Shown: piece after piece, positions 37,727 through 51,740 of the stretch
Layout: each line of letters starts with the position of its first letter
Numbering within the stretch: the stretch's first letter is position 1
NCBI RefSeq assembly: GCF_006345805.1
Contig: NC_042999.1
Location: forward strand, 96,224,001-96,288,000
DNA length: 64,000 bases
Direction: 5' to 3'
Source: Octopus sinensis
Taxonomy: Eukaryota
Made by a program: the position numbers and the translations under genes
The notes under the pieces: model-generated
Databases searched by the model: none
Told to the model about the DNA's origin: nothing
Seen by the model: only the letters and a program-made list of their open reading frames with translations

Positions 37727-40700
37727 GTAAGTGAACCTTAAAACTAAAACCAAATGTGTTGTCATTTTCAGTAATGTTTTTGTTTGGTTTTCAAAAATAC
37801 ATTATTGTTTATTGCAACCAAGAACAGCAATTTATTAAACTTACCTTTCAGAATTATTGTTTCTGCAGTACACCATTTGCTTTTTGCTACCATTTATCTT
37901 TCAGCCTAATAACATTTTTCAACAATTCATCAGTCTGCTAGTAATATGTGAGATACAATAGCCAACATGGGCATTTACTGTTGAACTTAACTAAAAATTA
38001 CACAATATTATGAAATTAATTTTTTTTTTTAGTGGGATGTTGTTTAGACAAATTAACCCTCTAAAATTTGATAGCTCACACAAACATTATCATGCTTCAA
38101 AAAATACTCATTAAATACATTGGGATTTAAGGATCATTGGTATCAACAATATAATGAATATTCTTTATTTTATACTTTATCATAAGTAGGTTTATGTTTC
38201 CTTTCTAAATTTTAGCATTAGATCTTATGAGCCTGTCGTTTTTTTTTGTTCCTCATATTTGATAGCTTTTTCAAGGTTAAATTTTAGTATATCCAGACCA
38301 GTGTTTCTCTTTTATTCTGAGAAAAAATAGGGATGGAACCATAACTTTATGCTTAATAGAAAAGGAAAACAGATTCATTAACTATTTCCTATCAGAGTAT
38401 CATATCACTAATCTATTTTGTATATAAAAGATGTATTTAAAAAAGGGTACAAAACCATACTATCTATTATTCATCATTGACTGAAAAATATTTTAAAGAA
38501 ATTAAACATTTACTATCGGTCTTAAAAAGAAAGGTAATTTAATTGGAGACAATATGGAATTGTCTGCCTTAAAACATTTTATCTACATGAACTCCAGCTA
38601 TGCCTACTAAATTGTTGCTATTTGTTTTACTCCAAAACTTATATTAGTCATGGAGTATTTTTATGATGACTTATACTATCTAAAAAGTGCTGAGAGATCT
38701 CTGTATGATTTCATATTTGTATAGTAATTCTTTGTGTAAAATAAGGAGTCGCTTCTACTCTGCCTATACACCAATACTTCTATATCTTATGACAAAGACA
38801 CAGTACAAAACTGTGGGAGCAAGGAACTATTTACTTCAACACTACTATGTATATATAATACGATTAAATTTTGAATCTTTCAAAATGCTGCATTGCAAAA
38901 GACTATTGTAAATAATAACAAGATGTCTTTCTCTTAATCTGTCAAGTAGGAAATGATTGGTTAGTATTTAAATGAAAATTGCTTTCATTTTTCATTTCAC
39001 TATTTTCTTTCATTTCTTACCAATTCCTTAAAATCTTCACAAAAATGGATGCATGATATTGTTTGAAAAAAATATTTGTTTTCATTCATTTTAATATTGT
39101 AATATAAAAGAAAGTCCACTCCTCCAGCTTACTGGCTGCTTTATAAATAAAATGTGTGAAAAGACTTTATAGGTTGTTGCAGGATTCTCTTTCACTAGCT
39201 GTGAATAATTCAACAATGAGTAAAAGTTAATTATTGTTTAAGAACAAAGTGTTTTCTCATTATTACCTCCACACTTTCTAGATCCATATACAGCTAAAAA
39301 CCTGCAGAGTTATTCAAGTATTGCTGACATTTGCCACAGTTCACCACACACATACAGAACTGGAGAGAGCAATATTATTTCAGTAAAATACACTACACAG
39401 CATACTCAGAATGACAATAAATGTTAGCCTTTGAGCAGTGAAATCAGTGAGGCATAGCTACCTCTACCTCATGCTGTCCACTGTTGTAATGAACTACTAT
39501 TTGCCATTGGTATAAGCTATTTAAATAAATAATTAATTCTGGGATAGTCATTTTTATGAGGTTCCATATTTTTATGAATTTGTATATATGCTATGGACTA
39601 ATTAAACTATCATCTTTATTATTGCCATCATCTCAATTTTGAAGAGTTTAGAATAGTATTAACATTTGGTTTATAGCAAAGTACAGTAGACTCATATTTT
39701 CAAAACTATACAAAATATATAATAAAATATTTTTCAAAATATATAGCAATTAGAGTGAAATGGTTAAAATTAGTTTATTGTGCAAATTTGTGTTTTTAAA
39801 ATATCTCATATGATTTCTGTACCAGATTGGATTCTCACTGAAAAGATCTTTTGAAATATGAACAGTTCACCTATCACATAGGAAAGTTCTAACTGAACAA
39901 TTCGCTAATATTAAGTTTTGCCCATGTTGACTTAATGAAATGAAAGATAAAGCCATTTTCACTTTTACTCATTTGCTTTTTATTTATATTCTGGGTTGAT
40001 TTTGTCTGCATTTCCCCTCATTCTTAATTTTACCTCATTGATCAAATTGTTTTTATTTTCGAAAAGATAAAACTGTTTTACATTGTTCATTCATTATTTT
40101 CTTTCTGCTGTGTGTTTGTCCTACTAGGATGAAGAACTCAGGGTATGTACTAACATTATTAACTGTTGCATAAAAACAGTGACATTCGCATGGATTTTAC
40201 TCTTTGTTTATCATTTTATTCTTTACCTCACTTATTAACCTCATGTGAAACCCATCGTTGACAGTTTATTTTTCTCTGCTTGTTTGCGGCTACATTTTAA
40301 GAACTGTCTTTCTAGCAATGTACTGCGCTGAGATTGTTTTTACTGCTGTGACTACTGTTGTGGCTGCCATGTTTAGTGTACTTTTAACATATAACATCAA
40401 CAATTAGAGCATTTCTTACTTGAAGTTTCATCTATATTAAGTACTTATAAAGAAATACTACCTTTTATCTCCTCTCACTTCTCTGGCTGTACTTTTCTTA
40501 TATAAAATAGATTTCTTTCATTCAAAATGCTTTGTATTCATTAGAAATATGTTTGTGTGTCTTTTTTTTTTACTTTAAAAAGTAATAGAATAGTTGTCTC
40601 TTTTTTTTCTTCATTTCATCATTGTGATGTCTAAGCATTTTTGATTTAGTTTTTTTTTTTTTCTAATAAGAATAACTTTAAGATTTTGCCATTAAAGTAA

Positions 40701-43419
40701 GTTTTTATTTATAATTTTTGCCAAATTAATGCTAAATGTTTAATATTTATAGGTGCCCTGTTTATTCAATACTTAATCTAGTGACTTCTTGTTTAAAAGT
40801 TACTGAAATTATTATCAGAAGATAAAGTTGCTTTTATACTGACCTCTTAAGGAATACACATTTTTATTTAGATATATTTCAAATACAATTTAATGTTCAA
40901 TACAATTATTGTCAAGATTTAGCCCCAATAACATAGATTTAACAAGGTGTTAATCAGAAGAATTAGATTCAGTATTCCTCTGATATAATATTAAAAATCA
41001 TATGCATCTTCAGTAGTAGTGACTAGGGTTCTTATTTTTTTATGATTTTTTTGAAATCATAATAAATTTACATTATTAGCTATTAAACTGATAAGAAAAA
41101 TAACTTTTACATTGAAAAATGTCATTATGAATAGCTGATTTCTGCTGGAAATGTTTGCTATATGCTAATATGTTATAGTATCAAACTACTAAATTTCTAA
41201 CAAATGTAGATAATAATTTGACAAGCATGAAAGTTTGATAGAATTTACATTTAGTAAATTTCAGCTTTATTACTCCATAAAAATTAAACTTTTCTTTAAA
41301 TGTTGTCTTTTAGTTAATTCATATTTAACATGGCAAAATTTATCTGCAAAGATTGACATTAACTAAAATGTAGGTGCTACTACACAACTATTTGGTTATT
41401 AAAAATATTAATGTTGTATAAGATACATAGGTTATTTTTTCTTTCATCATTTCATTTAATATCATACATATTCTTTATAAGATTATTAAGATGTGTCATT
41501 ACATTGTCTAATGCAGTATTTAGAATTTAAGAGGACTGTGAAAAGGCTATACATAATTTCCATTAAAATTTTTTTAGAAAACTCAATCTACAAAATCTGT
41601 ATAAAAACTCTAATCTACTAACAAGCTAACAATTAGAAACTATCGAGCAGTTCTTAGTATAAGCATAGAAAAAAGTTGTATAAATTATTGGTTAGAAAAT
41701 GTTGGTATTAGATTGTTACCTGAAGCTGTTTCAGACAGTCACTAAAGAAATCATTTTAAAATCTTTATCATCATCATTCATAATTGGTATGATTATTATT
41801 TCAGAGAATTAAGTAAATCAAATAATAGAATCCTTACATTTATATTATGTATAGCTGAGTGCTAACATAGAACTGTACCTTGGACATGAAATTTAACTAC
41901 CTAGCAAAATGGATATAAGACCAAAATATGTCCATTGCTTTCCCTAGTTGGCTTCAATGACTAGATTCACTCCAATTTATCCTATATTGTTCAAAACGTT
42001 TGATCAATTGATATTATTGGAGTTATTTCCCATGCAATCGTTTTAGATTTTAAATTCACTTTAAAGGAGTTTTAATCTCAGTTTTTCGACCCACTATATT
42101 GGTTCTTGAGTATGTTACAGTTAAAATCTTAGAAGTCCTTTATTTGGATTTTATGTAGAATGTATTCAATTCAATAATTTTAGTTAGAATGTACTCATTT
42201 AATTCACTTTCACTTAAAGAAATGCATTGTTGCCACAATATCCCACTTCACCTATCATATCATTATAATTATCTCTATCATTATTCATATCATGATTTAC
42301 TTCTGATTTTCAATCTTCACTAGTGTCATTTGCTGAATTTTTATAGCTAAAATCATTTTCTAAAGAGGTTTCAGATAACTCTTACCTTCATATAATAGTT
42401 AAGTACATATTCAGCTACAGGTAACCACTACAGATTTCATTAAAAAATTAAGTTTCAAGGTAATATGCTTTATTAAGGGACCAAATACAATTTTACTGAT
42501 AATGAAAATATGAAACCATTAATGTTAGCAAAATATTCTTCAAAATAAAGTTTGGTTTGCATTTAATCCTTATCTCAGTTATGATGATAAAATTCAGACT
42601 GATATAAACAAACTAAATCATCATGTATCCTCTTCTCTCCAAATCTGCATCACCTTATTTAAAGTGCAATATGTTTAAAATATGACCTCCTTTCATATTT
42701 AAATATGTGCTACTCTCCAAAAATCATTTATGTGTTATGAAAAAAAAAATTATTTTGATGTTGAATCATAAGACCAGCTCAATGGATTCCAAATATAAAT
42801 ACTTACACACACATATACAAACAGTGAAAATCCTTCATATAATTTAAGTATTCTAGAGATCAGGAAATGTACAAAGTTAAATTTATCTTGATAGAATCAA
42901 AATCCAAAACAAGTGACTCCCAAGCTTAAGTCAGCAAACCTATCTTAATTCTAAACTATATGTAAAAACTAACATATGTCTGTAAATATAAATCATAGGT
43001 ATAATGTTAGAAAGTTGATTTAAAAGTAATGTCTATAATAATAGTGCTTAAGCATTATTGACAACCAAAAGATTCTTTGAGTGTTAAAGATTAGTCATAT
43101 TCTCTCTTTGCAATGACTGTTTATGAATTTTTAAAAGAAATTAGGTAAATATGATTTTAGAAGTTCAGATATTTAATAGATTTACTTCAGTTTAGCAGCT
43201 AGACTCTGGTTCAGCATTTAATCATAATTGATATATTTAAAAAAGAAGCTAACACTAAATTTGAAGCAACTTTTAATGGTTAACTGGATGTCTATAACAT
43301 TATTATTATGAATACATAGTGTTATAGTCTATCCTTGCTATACTGAAATAATTCTGTCTTCAGTATTTGAGTCTTATAATCTGTTTCGAAGTATCATTAA
43401 TTCTTTTTTCATTAGGTTT

Positions 43420-43745
43420 CATCACCATCCTCATTTAATATTTGTTTTCCGTGTTGGCATGTGTTGGATGGTTTGAGAGGAGCTGGCAAAGCTGGAAGCC
43501 ATACCAGGTTTCATTGCCAATTTTGGCATGGTTTCTACAGCTGGATACCCTTCTTAATGCCAACCACTTAACCAGTGCTTCTTATGTGGCACCAGTACCT
43601 TGCAAGATAAAAACCTCTCAACTGGGAGGGAAGTAGTAGAATTGAGGGTGTATGGCTTTGAGCCAATTGAGAGATTTAAGGTATAGAAGGGACTGATATA
43701 AATGTCTTGTAGAGCAGATACATGGATTCCCCAGTTGGAAAACAA
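43420..43745 (-). mobile_element. RTE 3' UTR fragment
   Basis: catcaccatcctcatttaat...ctacagctggatacccttcttaatgccaaccac; same family as 36597. Confidence 0.7.
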
Positions 43746-44034
43746 AGCAAAGTGAGTTAGATAGTCAGAAAGCCAGGGTATGTAGTATGTGCTTAATGAA
43801 CTATAGATACCCTTTGAAACTCATTTAGTTGTCCTTTTGTTAAAGATGAACTCTAACTTTTATCTTATGAAAATCTTAACCCTTGGATTACACAACCATT
43901 GTTCTGACAATATACCGAAATAAGAAGTTGGATGAATACATACATATATATAAACACATCATCATAAAAAAATTTCAATCATCATCAGAAATAAGAAATA
44001 TGAAATGATACAAGATAACTATCTCATTCATTCA

Positions 44035-44395
44035 TTCTTTTATCACCATTTAAAATCCATTTTTGCATGGTTTAGACAAAATTTCTTGAAACAGATTTTT
44101 CTACAGCTGGATGACCTTCCTGTCACCACCCCTCACCAGTTCAGACTGGAATGAACACTCCCATTAGTATGACAATGGGGCTCATTTACAACTATCACAC
44201 GGTATCTAGTCATAGGTACAAGCAAAACACACACGCACATATATATGACAGGCTTCTTTCAGTTTCTGATTACCAAATCAGCTCTCAAGGCTTTGGTCAG
44301 AATGGGGCTATAATAGAAAACACTTGCCTAAAGTGCAATACAGTGGTACTGAACCTAAGATCACATGGTCGAGAAGCAAGCCTAAATCACATCCA
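44035..44395 (-). mobile_element. SINE with family-A head and tail C
   Basis: 44230-44395 is the reverse complement of the family-A head; 44035-44220 is the tail-C module. Confidence 0.7.
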
Positions 44396-44564
44396 TATTT
44401 AATTCAATGAAAAAAAAAAAGAAAAGAACTTATCATCATTGTACTAAATATGAATATGCTAAACAAATCAGTAATCAAATATCTAGCCTTTCATTGTGAG
44501 AATAATTTCTAAACATATGTTATTTTATCCTTTATATCAAAGGTAATGTTAGTTTTGTATAAAA

Positions 44565-44780
44565 TTGGTTTCAAATTTTGGCACAAGGCCAGTAATTTCG
44601 GGGTAGGAGTAAGCCAAGCATATCAACCTCAGTGCTCAACTGGAACCTATTTAATCAACCTTGAAGGGATGAAAGGGAAAGCTGACCTCTGCAGAATTTG
44701 AGCTCAGAATGTAAATACAGATGAAATACTGCTAATCATTTTGCCCAGCATGCTGATGATTCTGCCAGCTCACCACCTTA
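44565..44780 (-). mobile_element. Family-B tRNA-derived SINE
   Basis: Full-length match to 21367-21560. Confidence 0.8.
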
Positions 44781-47700
44781 GTTTTGCAAAATTTTACAAA
44801 ATATTTTTTATTGAGTTGCAAATAAAAGGCAATAAAATACAGAAAATTTTGATTGTTAGTATTTCTACAGACTGTATTTTAATGTTTTCTCTTACCTCTT
44901 CACAAAGAAAATAACAAAGATACTTTACTTCAAATTTATGAAGATAAATTTAATAATATTGACTCATTAGATACACATATAAAATGTTAAATAGAATGTA
45001 GTACTGGCAAGGGTAGAACAATGATTTTCCAATACTTTTGTAAAATCATGTTCTTCTATTAGATTGTTTAATTTCTTGAATGTGGCATTGCATATTCTTG
45101 TGACTATATGCATGTATACACAAATGCTTATTTAGCTCTAAAATCAACTATCTAAAATCCATTATACAAACATGCACTTACAGACAATAACATATAATCT
45201 CTTCAGCAGAATAGCATTTTTAAAGGAACTAAGCGTTTTTATCAGCATTTTCCATCTTAAGAAAATTGGTGGGAAGTTGTCTATTGAGTTAACAAGTAAG
45301 GTTAAAAACTATTTTAACAGAGAAACTCGAATGTAAGAACATAGGACTTAAATTCTGCAATACAGTACCCCTAGATTTGTAAAGCAACAAAGAATTCATT
45401 GTTTCCAGACAAAGTGTAAAACCGGAAGAAAAGTTCTAAGTATGTATATTTATACACACCAGTGGAAATGGGCTTTAGGAACTAATGGTATGCCTGAGAG
45501 GTTAAATGTGGGAATGTGGGTGTTAGATGCTCTATGAACTTATGAACTGGTAATCACTGTTCACAAATGTATACACCACTGTATATCTTCACAACACTTT
45601 AAGTATATATATCTGGACATTTTTGTCTCAACAAATAAGAAATATCTTTAGAGTAATTAAGTTTGTCTTTTTCTTTTAGTTTTTTTTTTTTTTTTGTGGT
45701 TGTTTTCATGTTCTTCTACCTCCCCATTGCCATCAATAATGATTCTGCCTTTCTTTTTGCACACAGCACCATTTTACTCACTGGGCTTCATAATTTAGGT
45801 TATACAAGTCACATGCTTCGCAAAAGTTCACTTTACACTCAAACCTTTGTTAAATCAAGATTCACTTTTCCAAAAAGTGTTTTTCACCTATTTTTCACCT
45901 CCACACTTAAGATGAAAGATCAATCTTCTAAATTTAATTCATTTATCATTATCATTATACTCATTATTGTCTTGTATTGAAATAGTTGATAAAATGCATT
46001 ATCTATTCTTATTATAATTGTATATCTAATACTCTCTAATACTTTGAATTTAGAGGGAAATTTCCCCTCATTTATGATAATTGCAATGCTGCTCTTTGAG
46101 GAGGCTTTGAATTCTGTATAAGATTTACAGTAGTGACATTTGTTCAATATTGCAAAGAAATACATTTAACTCCATTGTACTAATTTAGGCTATACAAAAA
46201 AAAAAAACATAAATGCATGACTAAACATACTATCTGGTGATATTTCAAACTTGGTAGCAACTAGAATATGCTTGCAATTCTTTGTTGAAAATATAGAAAT
46301 AAGCTTCTAAAAAGTTTTATGTTAAATTAGCTAGTAATACTGACAAATATGAAATTTTCATTGAAATGTCCCTATATATTATAATTGTGTGTGTATATAT
46401 ATGCACTACATGTATGTGTGTCTGTCAGTGTGTATGTATGTACAATTAGTTCATGCAACAGTGTCTATGTTTGAGATACTCTCTGTTCAAAATGCATATA
46501 ATTTGAAACTATCTTAAGATAATTTCAACAAAATACATTGTAAATAAGTAATTTTATTTAGTAATTTTTATGTTATTGTCTGTTAAATTGAAAATGATAT
46601 GGAATAAACTGAAGTAAAATAATCCAAGATTGCAAATATAAAGAACAATTGTTAAGTTTAACTTATTTCTAAATTTCCTGAACATTGTAACTTACTATAT
46701 TTTTTTCACAATCTGATAAGGCCTATATGTGTTATGTAGTGTGTCTATGACACACTCTTAAATTTAAGTTCATTAAATTTCACTAAAATGTTGAAGACAT
46801 ATTTGAAAAAAAAATGAAAACCATTTAAAATGCTTTTAATTTATTGATTAATGCTTAAATAGCATTCTAGGAAAGCTGAAGAGAGATATTGAATAGGTCT
46901 TTATGGTCAGTCAAATATTTGGACAGGAACAATTTGATTAACTATTGAAAATGTACATCAGTACTAAAGTGACTCATTAAATTTGATGGTGGAGGGAAGT
47001 CCATCCTTATTTACCGACTTACCAACAGACTAATTACCTCAAACATCTAAAGTAAAAGTTGTTCAGAAAAATATTGTCTATTGATATTCAATATTGCTGA
47101 AATAATTTGTATTTATAAAGGACAGTATCAAAAAGGAAATTTTAAACATTTCTTTCTCATAGCTATCAGATATTCAGATATTTCATGGCTCAGTCCTTCT
47201 TTCTCTTGTTGTCTTGCTAACTGTTATTCTTGTAGTTTCAAAACAACATACTGAAAAGAGGAATATAGTTAGTAAAAGAACATCCTCTTGATTAATTAAC
47301 TTCTATTTGAAACATGAGACATTTCTGTCCTTGGCTCTAAGAATTCAAAACTTGCCTTTGATATTTTTTCACATCATAGGATAATTTTTGAAAGGTTGTC
47401 AATTTGCAGTTAGTCAATTGTGTCACTGGAAAAATGAAGGCAATGCAACAAAAGCTATTTGATTAGCAGAAAAGAACTGATGTCAAAGTTTTCATTAATC
47501 ATGATCTATTATCGCTCTGTTAAAATCTTAGGATTGTTTACACTTTAGCTAACTTTTAAAAGCTTTAGAAGAGATAAGTCTTTACGACCCATTACTCATG
47601 TTATGCCTTGAAAGAGAAGAAATTTCAATTCTCATTTCTTTTGAATGTTGGTCAATTGATAGATTTATCATCATCATCATCATAATTTTTATCATCATTT

Positions 47701-48283
47701 TAGTCACCACGCTGGAATGGTTTGAATAAGTTTTCTGAGATAGTATTCAATGATTGGAAATCTTTCCTGTCGCCAACCATTTTAGTTGCTTCTTACAACA
47801 ATAGGACCCACGTGTCTTTTCTAAAACTATGGTATACATAGTAAGTTACTTAATAAACTATATAACATTTTCACTTAAAAGTGTAACCCATAGAATGTAT
47901 CTGCCTTGATGTCAAAGTGTCTATAAGTTGTGTACTGAGTGAACATTTTCATTTGATTTCCTCTGTCATTATCCCTATCACCAGTTGTTATTTTAATTGA
48001 ATATACATTTTTTCTATGAGTCATTAAAATATTATCTGTGTTATTAACAGGAACAATATTTATGCACCATTTTGTACACAAAATCACACTTGCACAATCT
48101 AAATAAGTAATTACACACAAACATTACTTTACAAAAAACATATATGTATGTTATTCATGTATACATCTGTATCGTGTAGGTTGTTTGTCATCTCATGTAT
48201 ATAAAACATAGCCAACCAAAGGCCTGAATAATTAGAAAGAACAAAGAAATTTTCAAATATATTGCTTTTGTTTTCTATTACAG

Positions 48284-48392
48284 CGTGTTCTGTTTTCTCT
48301 GGGTGGCTCTTTTCTGTATTATGCCAACCATTTCAAGGTGTACAGTTCCTTCTGTGCTAGTCATTCAAGGTCGCAAAAGATCCTCAACCCAG
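48284..48392 (+). CDS. sif: sif/TIAM exon: DH domain ([36 protein letters not shown])
   Basis: Not in the ORF track; translated by hand. Acceptor ttttctattacag|, donor CCAG|gtaagt; 109 nt, phase 0-1. Confidence 0.93.
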
Positions 48393-48788
48393 GTAAGTGA
48401 TAGATATTGTGAGATTATTTGAAAGATTACTCCACTTCAACACATGTATACTCTTTACCATATACTCATAACACACTTTTATATGATTATATATATGACA
48501 TACATGTACTGCTTTAAATCTACTTAAAGCTCACTATACATATATGTGTTCTGTAACATTCCTAAGTCTCGCAATACCTTTGGATTTGTCCAAATTCAAT
48601 CTCTCCTGCTATTACCTTTATTACAAGCCACCACCCTTTAACTCACTCTCCTTCTCTGTCTTACCATCATTTATCATTACTATTACTCATTTCTCAGTCT
48701 CTCTATCACATTACTCTTTTCTTTATCACTCATTGTTAACATCCATCACTTTTGTTGTCTCCTATTACTGTCTCCCTCTCATTTTTAT

Positions 48789-48826
<38 letters not shown>

Positions 48827-48999
48827 AATTGGCCTTCTTCCTATCAGTTCGTATCTCCCTTCTTTCCTTCCCCTCTATCACTTTCTAGCCCTAGTTTTCT
48901 CTCTTTTATCACTCTTCTATTCACATCTTGATCATGTTGCCTTGATCAAACAGAAACAATATTTTGTAGAGAGTACTCTGTAGTGTTACTACGAACATA

Positions 49000-49960
49000 A
49001 CCTTTCCATACGATGTCATGATAAAGTGCTTCCAGTACACACTGTAAAATTGTTAGCATTAGAAAGACCAATCAATATAAAAAGTGTGCTTGATTCATCT
49101 AGGTGAGCAGAAAATCCAGAGCAGAACTGACTTGGACCACAATGACCTGATCAAACTATGCTAGCATTGAAAAGTGATGAAGTGAAGATGATAATGATGA
49201 AGAAGAGAATTATATGTGTGGTCGTCATCATCATCATCGTTTAATATCTACTTTTCATGCTGGCATGAGTTGGTTGACTTATCATAGTCTGAATCAATGT
49301 ATATGCAAAGTTACTGTCCTTTTAGATGGCTCAGAGAAGTATGTCTGGTTTATATATTTTGTTTGGCATGGTTTCTGAAGCTGAATGTCCTTCATAGAAC
49401 CAACCATTTTACGGAGTACACTGGGAACATTTAATCCTAGGAGGTTGTCATGTTCTCCACTGGTCAAGACTAAAAGGTCCTTTCAACTTTGTAACTGATC
49501 ACACACTTTACAGAAAATACTGGGTGTACTTTATTATGGTACCAGCACAAATGAGATTTCTTCTATGTGATGAAGAGAGAATGAATATAAAAGAAGAACT
49601 AGGGTGAGACGTGGAAAGAAGCAAAAGTATGTTGTACAATACAAAGTGATCCAGTGTCATTTTGCCATTATTGTCTCCCCTTCCACTGTATGGAAGGAGA
49701 AAGACAGCAATAATATTGAGAGGTGGTAACAGCAGAAGGTATTGATAGAGAAAGAGAAGACTCTCCTGGTAACTACATGTTTGTTGGTAAGAGAGTGTGA
49801 CAGATGTCAGTAATGAATCAGTTGGGAGAGAAAGAATGATGGCTGGCACTATAGAAACGTAATGCTACCAGAAAAAGCATGAGTAATGGATAGTCAAAAA
49901 GGTAAAAGTAGGAAAGTGTGGGACATCAGAGGAAATGATAGCTGGTAGTACTGGAAGATG
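49000..49960. mobile_element. Tail-to-tail RTE 3' ends: ~49000-49205 (+) and 49222-49960 (-)
   Basis: gatgataatgatgaag tail abuts a gtcgtcatcatcatcatcg tail; the minus copy continues into the purine-rich UTR. Confidence 0.6.
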
Positions 49961-50240
49961 AATTAGAGGTTTTTTTTCAGATACCAGTAGATCCAGTAGT
50001 CTCTTGTTATTCAGGCATTAATTTGGAAGGAAGAGAGGATGGTTTTAATGATATGGAAAGCGGTAGTTAGGGAATAAGTATGATTATAGCTAATGTTTTC
50101 TCTGATGACATGAGTACCATGGTGCGGTAAATAGGCAAGGAGGTGATAGTGAAAGATAAGAAAGTATTGAATAGACAAAAAGAGCTGCAGAAGGAGAGTA
50201 GCAGGTACAAAATTGGCAAAACTCCCAGATAATTTATATA

Positions 50241-50284
<44 letters not shown>

Positions 50285-50399
50285 TAAATAACCCACCCTC
50301 CATCATTATTCCCATCTTGATATCGAAATATTGATATTTTAATATTGAAATAAAACCTCTGCCTGTTTGTCTGGTCACTTTACCAGTGTAAATTATTGA

Positions 50400-50620
50400 T
50401 ATTTGTTGAACCAACAAGGGAACTGCTATGTAGTCTCTTAACTAATAGCCAAATCTCTCTCTCTCTCTCAAATTGCATTCTGCCATCATAAAGAAAGAAG
50501 GATACATTGCAGAACATAGTTTTTTTAGCTCAGGAAAAAAATGTCAGAATAGCCATGGTTACAATACCATTGGTCATAAGTTTGCTCCTTTAAGGCAAAC
50601 CTAGGGCAAAAAACAAAAAA
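50400..50620 (+). repeat. Dispersed repeat family D (similar fragments ~30300-30440 (-), ~51445-51590 (+))
   Basis: Shared tagccaaatctctc..aaatt..a..ct.ccatc and cata.gt.tgct motifs by eye; identity not established. Confidence 0.45.
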
Positions 50621-50822
50621 AATTATTTGTCATCAGAGAGAGTGTTTTACCACTATATCATGGCCAGGTTGGTGAACTTACTGATGATGCCTTACAAGTT
50701 TGCATCCATTTACAAATTTAATATCTAGTCTTGATTAATTACTCTAATGTTTCTTGTTTCTTACAAAAGAAAACGTTCAATACATTGTGCTGCACTGTAA
50801 CATTATAAACATTTCATTTTAG

Positions 50823-50999
50823 ACGCTAATGCAGCCTTGAAGGAATTTCTATTGTCAAGAAACCCCAAGCAACAACACTCTTGCACTTTAGAGTCATTTT
50901 TAATTAAACCGATCCAGCGAATTTTGAAATATCCACTTCTATTACAACAGCTGTGCCAACTGACTGATCCAGAGACAGACGAACATTACCATCTCTCAG
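50823..50999 (+). CDS. sif: sif/TIAM exon: DH domain ([44 protein letters not shown]...EHYHLS)
   Basis: Not in the ORF track. Acceptor tttcattttag|, donor TCAG|gtattc; 177 nt, phase 1-1; [15 protein letters not shown] is DH conserved region 3. Confidence 0.95.
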
Positions 51000-51178
51000 G
51001 TATTCACTCTTAAAGATCTCCTTTTCACAGTTCATTCCAAAACTAAAAAGATGTTATCACCTCATATTAAATATTTTGGTTATCAAAATGCCTTATGTCA
51101 AAAACTAAGATTAAAACATAAGGAAGAAGGAAGAGGAAGATTTGAAAAATAGCTTCATATATTTTTATTTTCTTGCAG

Positions 51179-51303
51179 AGGCCCTTCGTGGAATGGAAGC
51201 TGTAGCAGAACATATCAATGAGATGCAGAAAATTTATGAGGAGTATGGTTACTCTTTCGATGAACTATCTCGTATGTACAAAGAACATCATCCACACAAT
51301 AAA
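51179..51303 (+). CDS. sif: sif/TIAM exon: DH end ([24 protein letters not shown]...HPHNK)
   Basis: Acceptor ttttcttgcag|, donor AAA|gtaagt; 125 nt, phase 1-0; follows a 179-nt intron. Confidence 0.93.
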
Positions 51304-51740
51304 GTAAGTTGTTACAATTGCTATTCAACATTAGAGAAGTTCAATTGAAAGTGACAATCTTTGTGGTAACTTTGTCATAACACCTTCCTTGGCTAACTAC
51401 TAAACAATATGCGCAAATGAGAGAGATTTTACATGGTTTCTGTATCTACTAGAAATAACAGCCAGATCTCTCAAATTACATTTTACCATCTTTAGTTTAA
51501 AAAAAGATATGTTAAGTAATGTAACCTGAGATAAACTATTTTTTAAATAATTTAATCATAGGTCTGCTCCATCAGGGCTAATTGGTACTAAATGTCAACA
51601 ATATAACAATAAGATATTGTCTCCATTTTGTAAAATGGTTTTTATTGTAGAAATGCAAAGACACCAGAGCTGTAGTTATAAACATGTTTTTTGGTTTCAT
51701 GGAATTTAAACTGAATTAGAAATATTTTAAGAAAAGACAT

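Noticed and set aside
40293-40310. Second in-frame 18-nt candidate (NCLSSN) near the DEELR microexon
   Set aside because: Donor AAT|gtactg is poor.
42415-42420. cag|CTACAG|gtaacc 6-nt candidate
   Set aside because: Weak pyrimidine tract and no nearby UGC.
46055-46066. GGGAAATTTCCC, an NF-kB-like palindrome
   Set aside because: Single 12-bp palindromes are expected by chance in 64 kb; no cluster or promoter context.
5540-49960. Antisense bias of RTE-tail copies (about 12 minus versus 5 plus)
   Set aside because: Small numbers, and antisense bias of intronic retroelements is a known general pattern.
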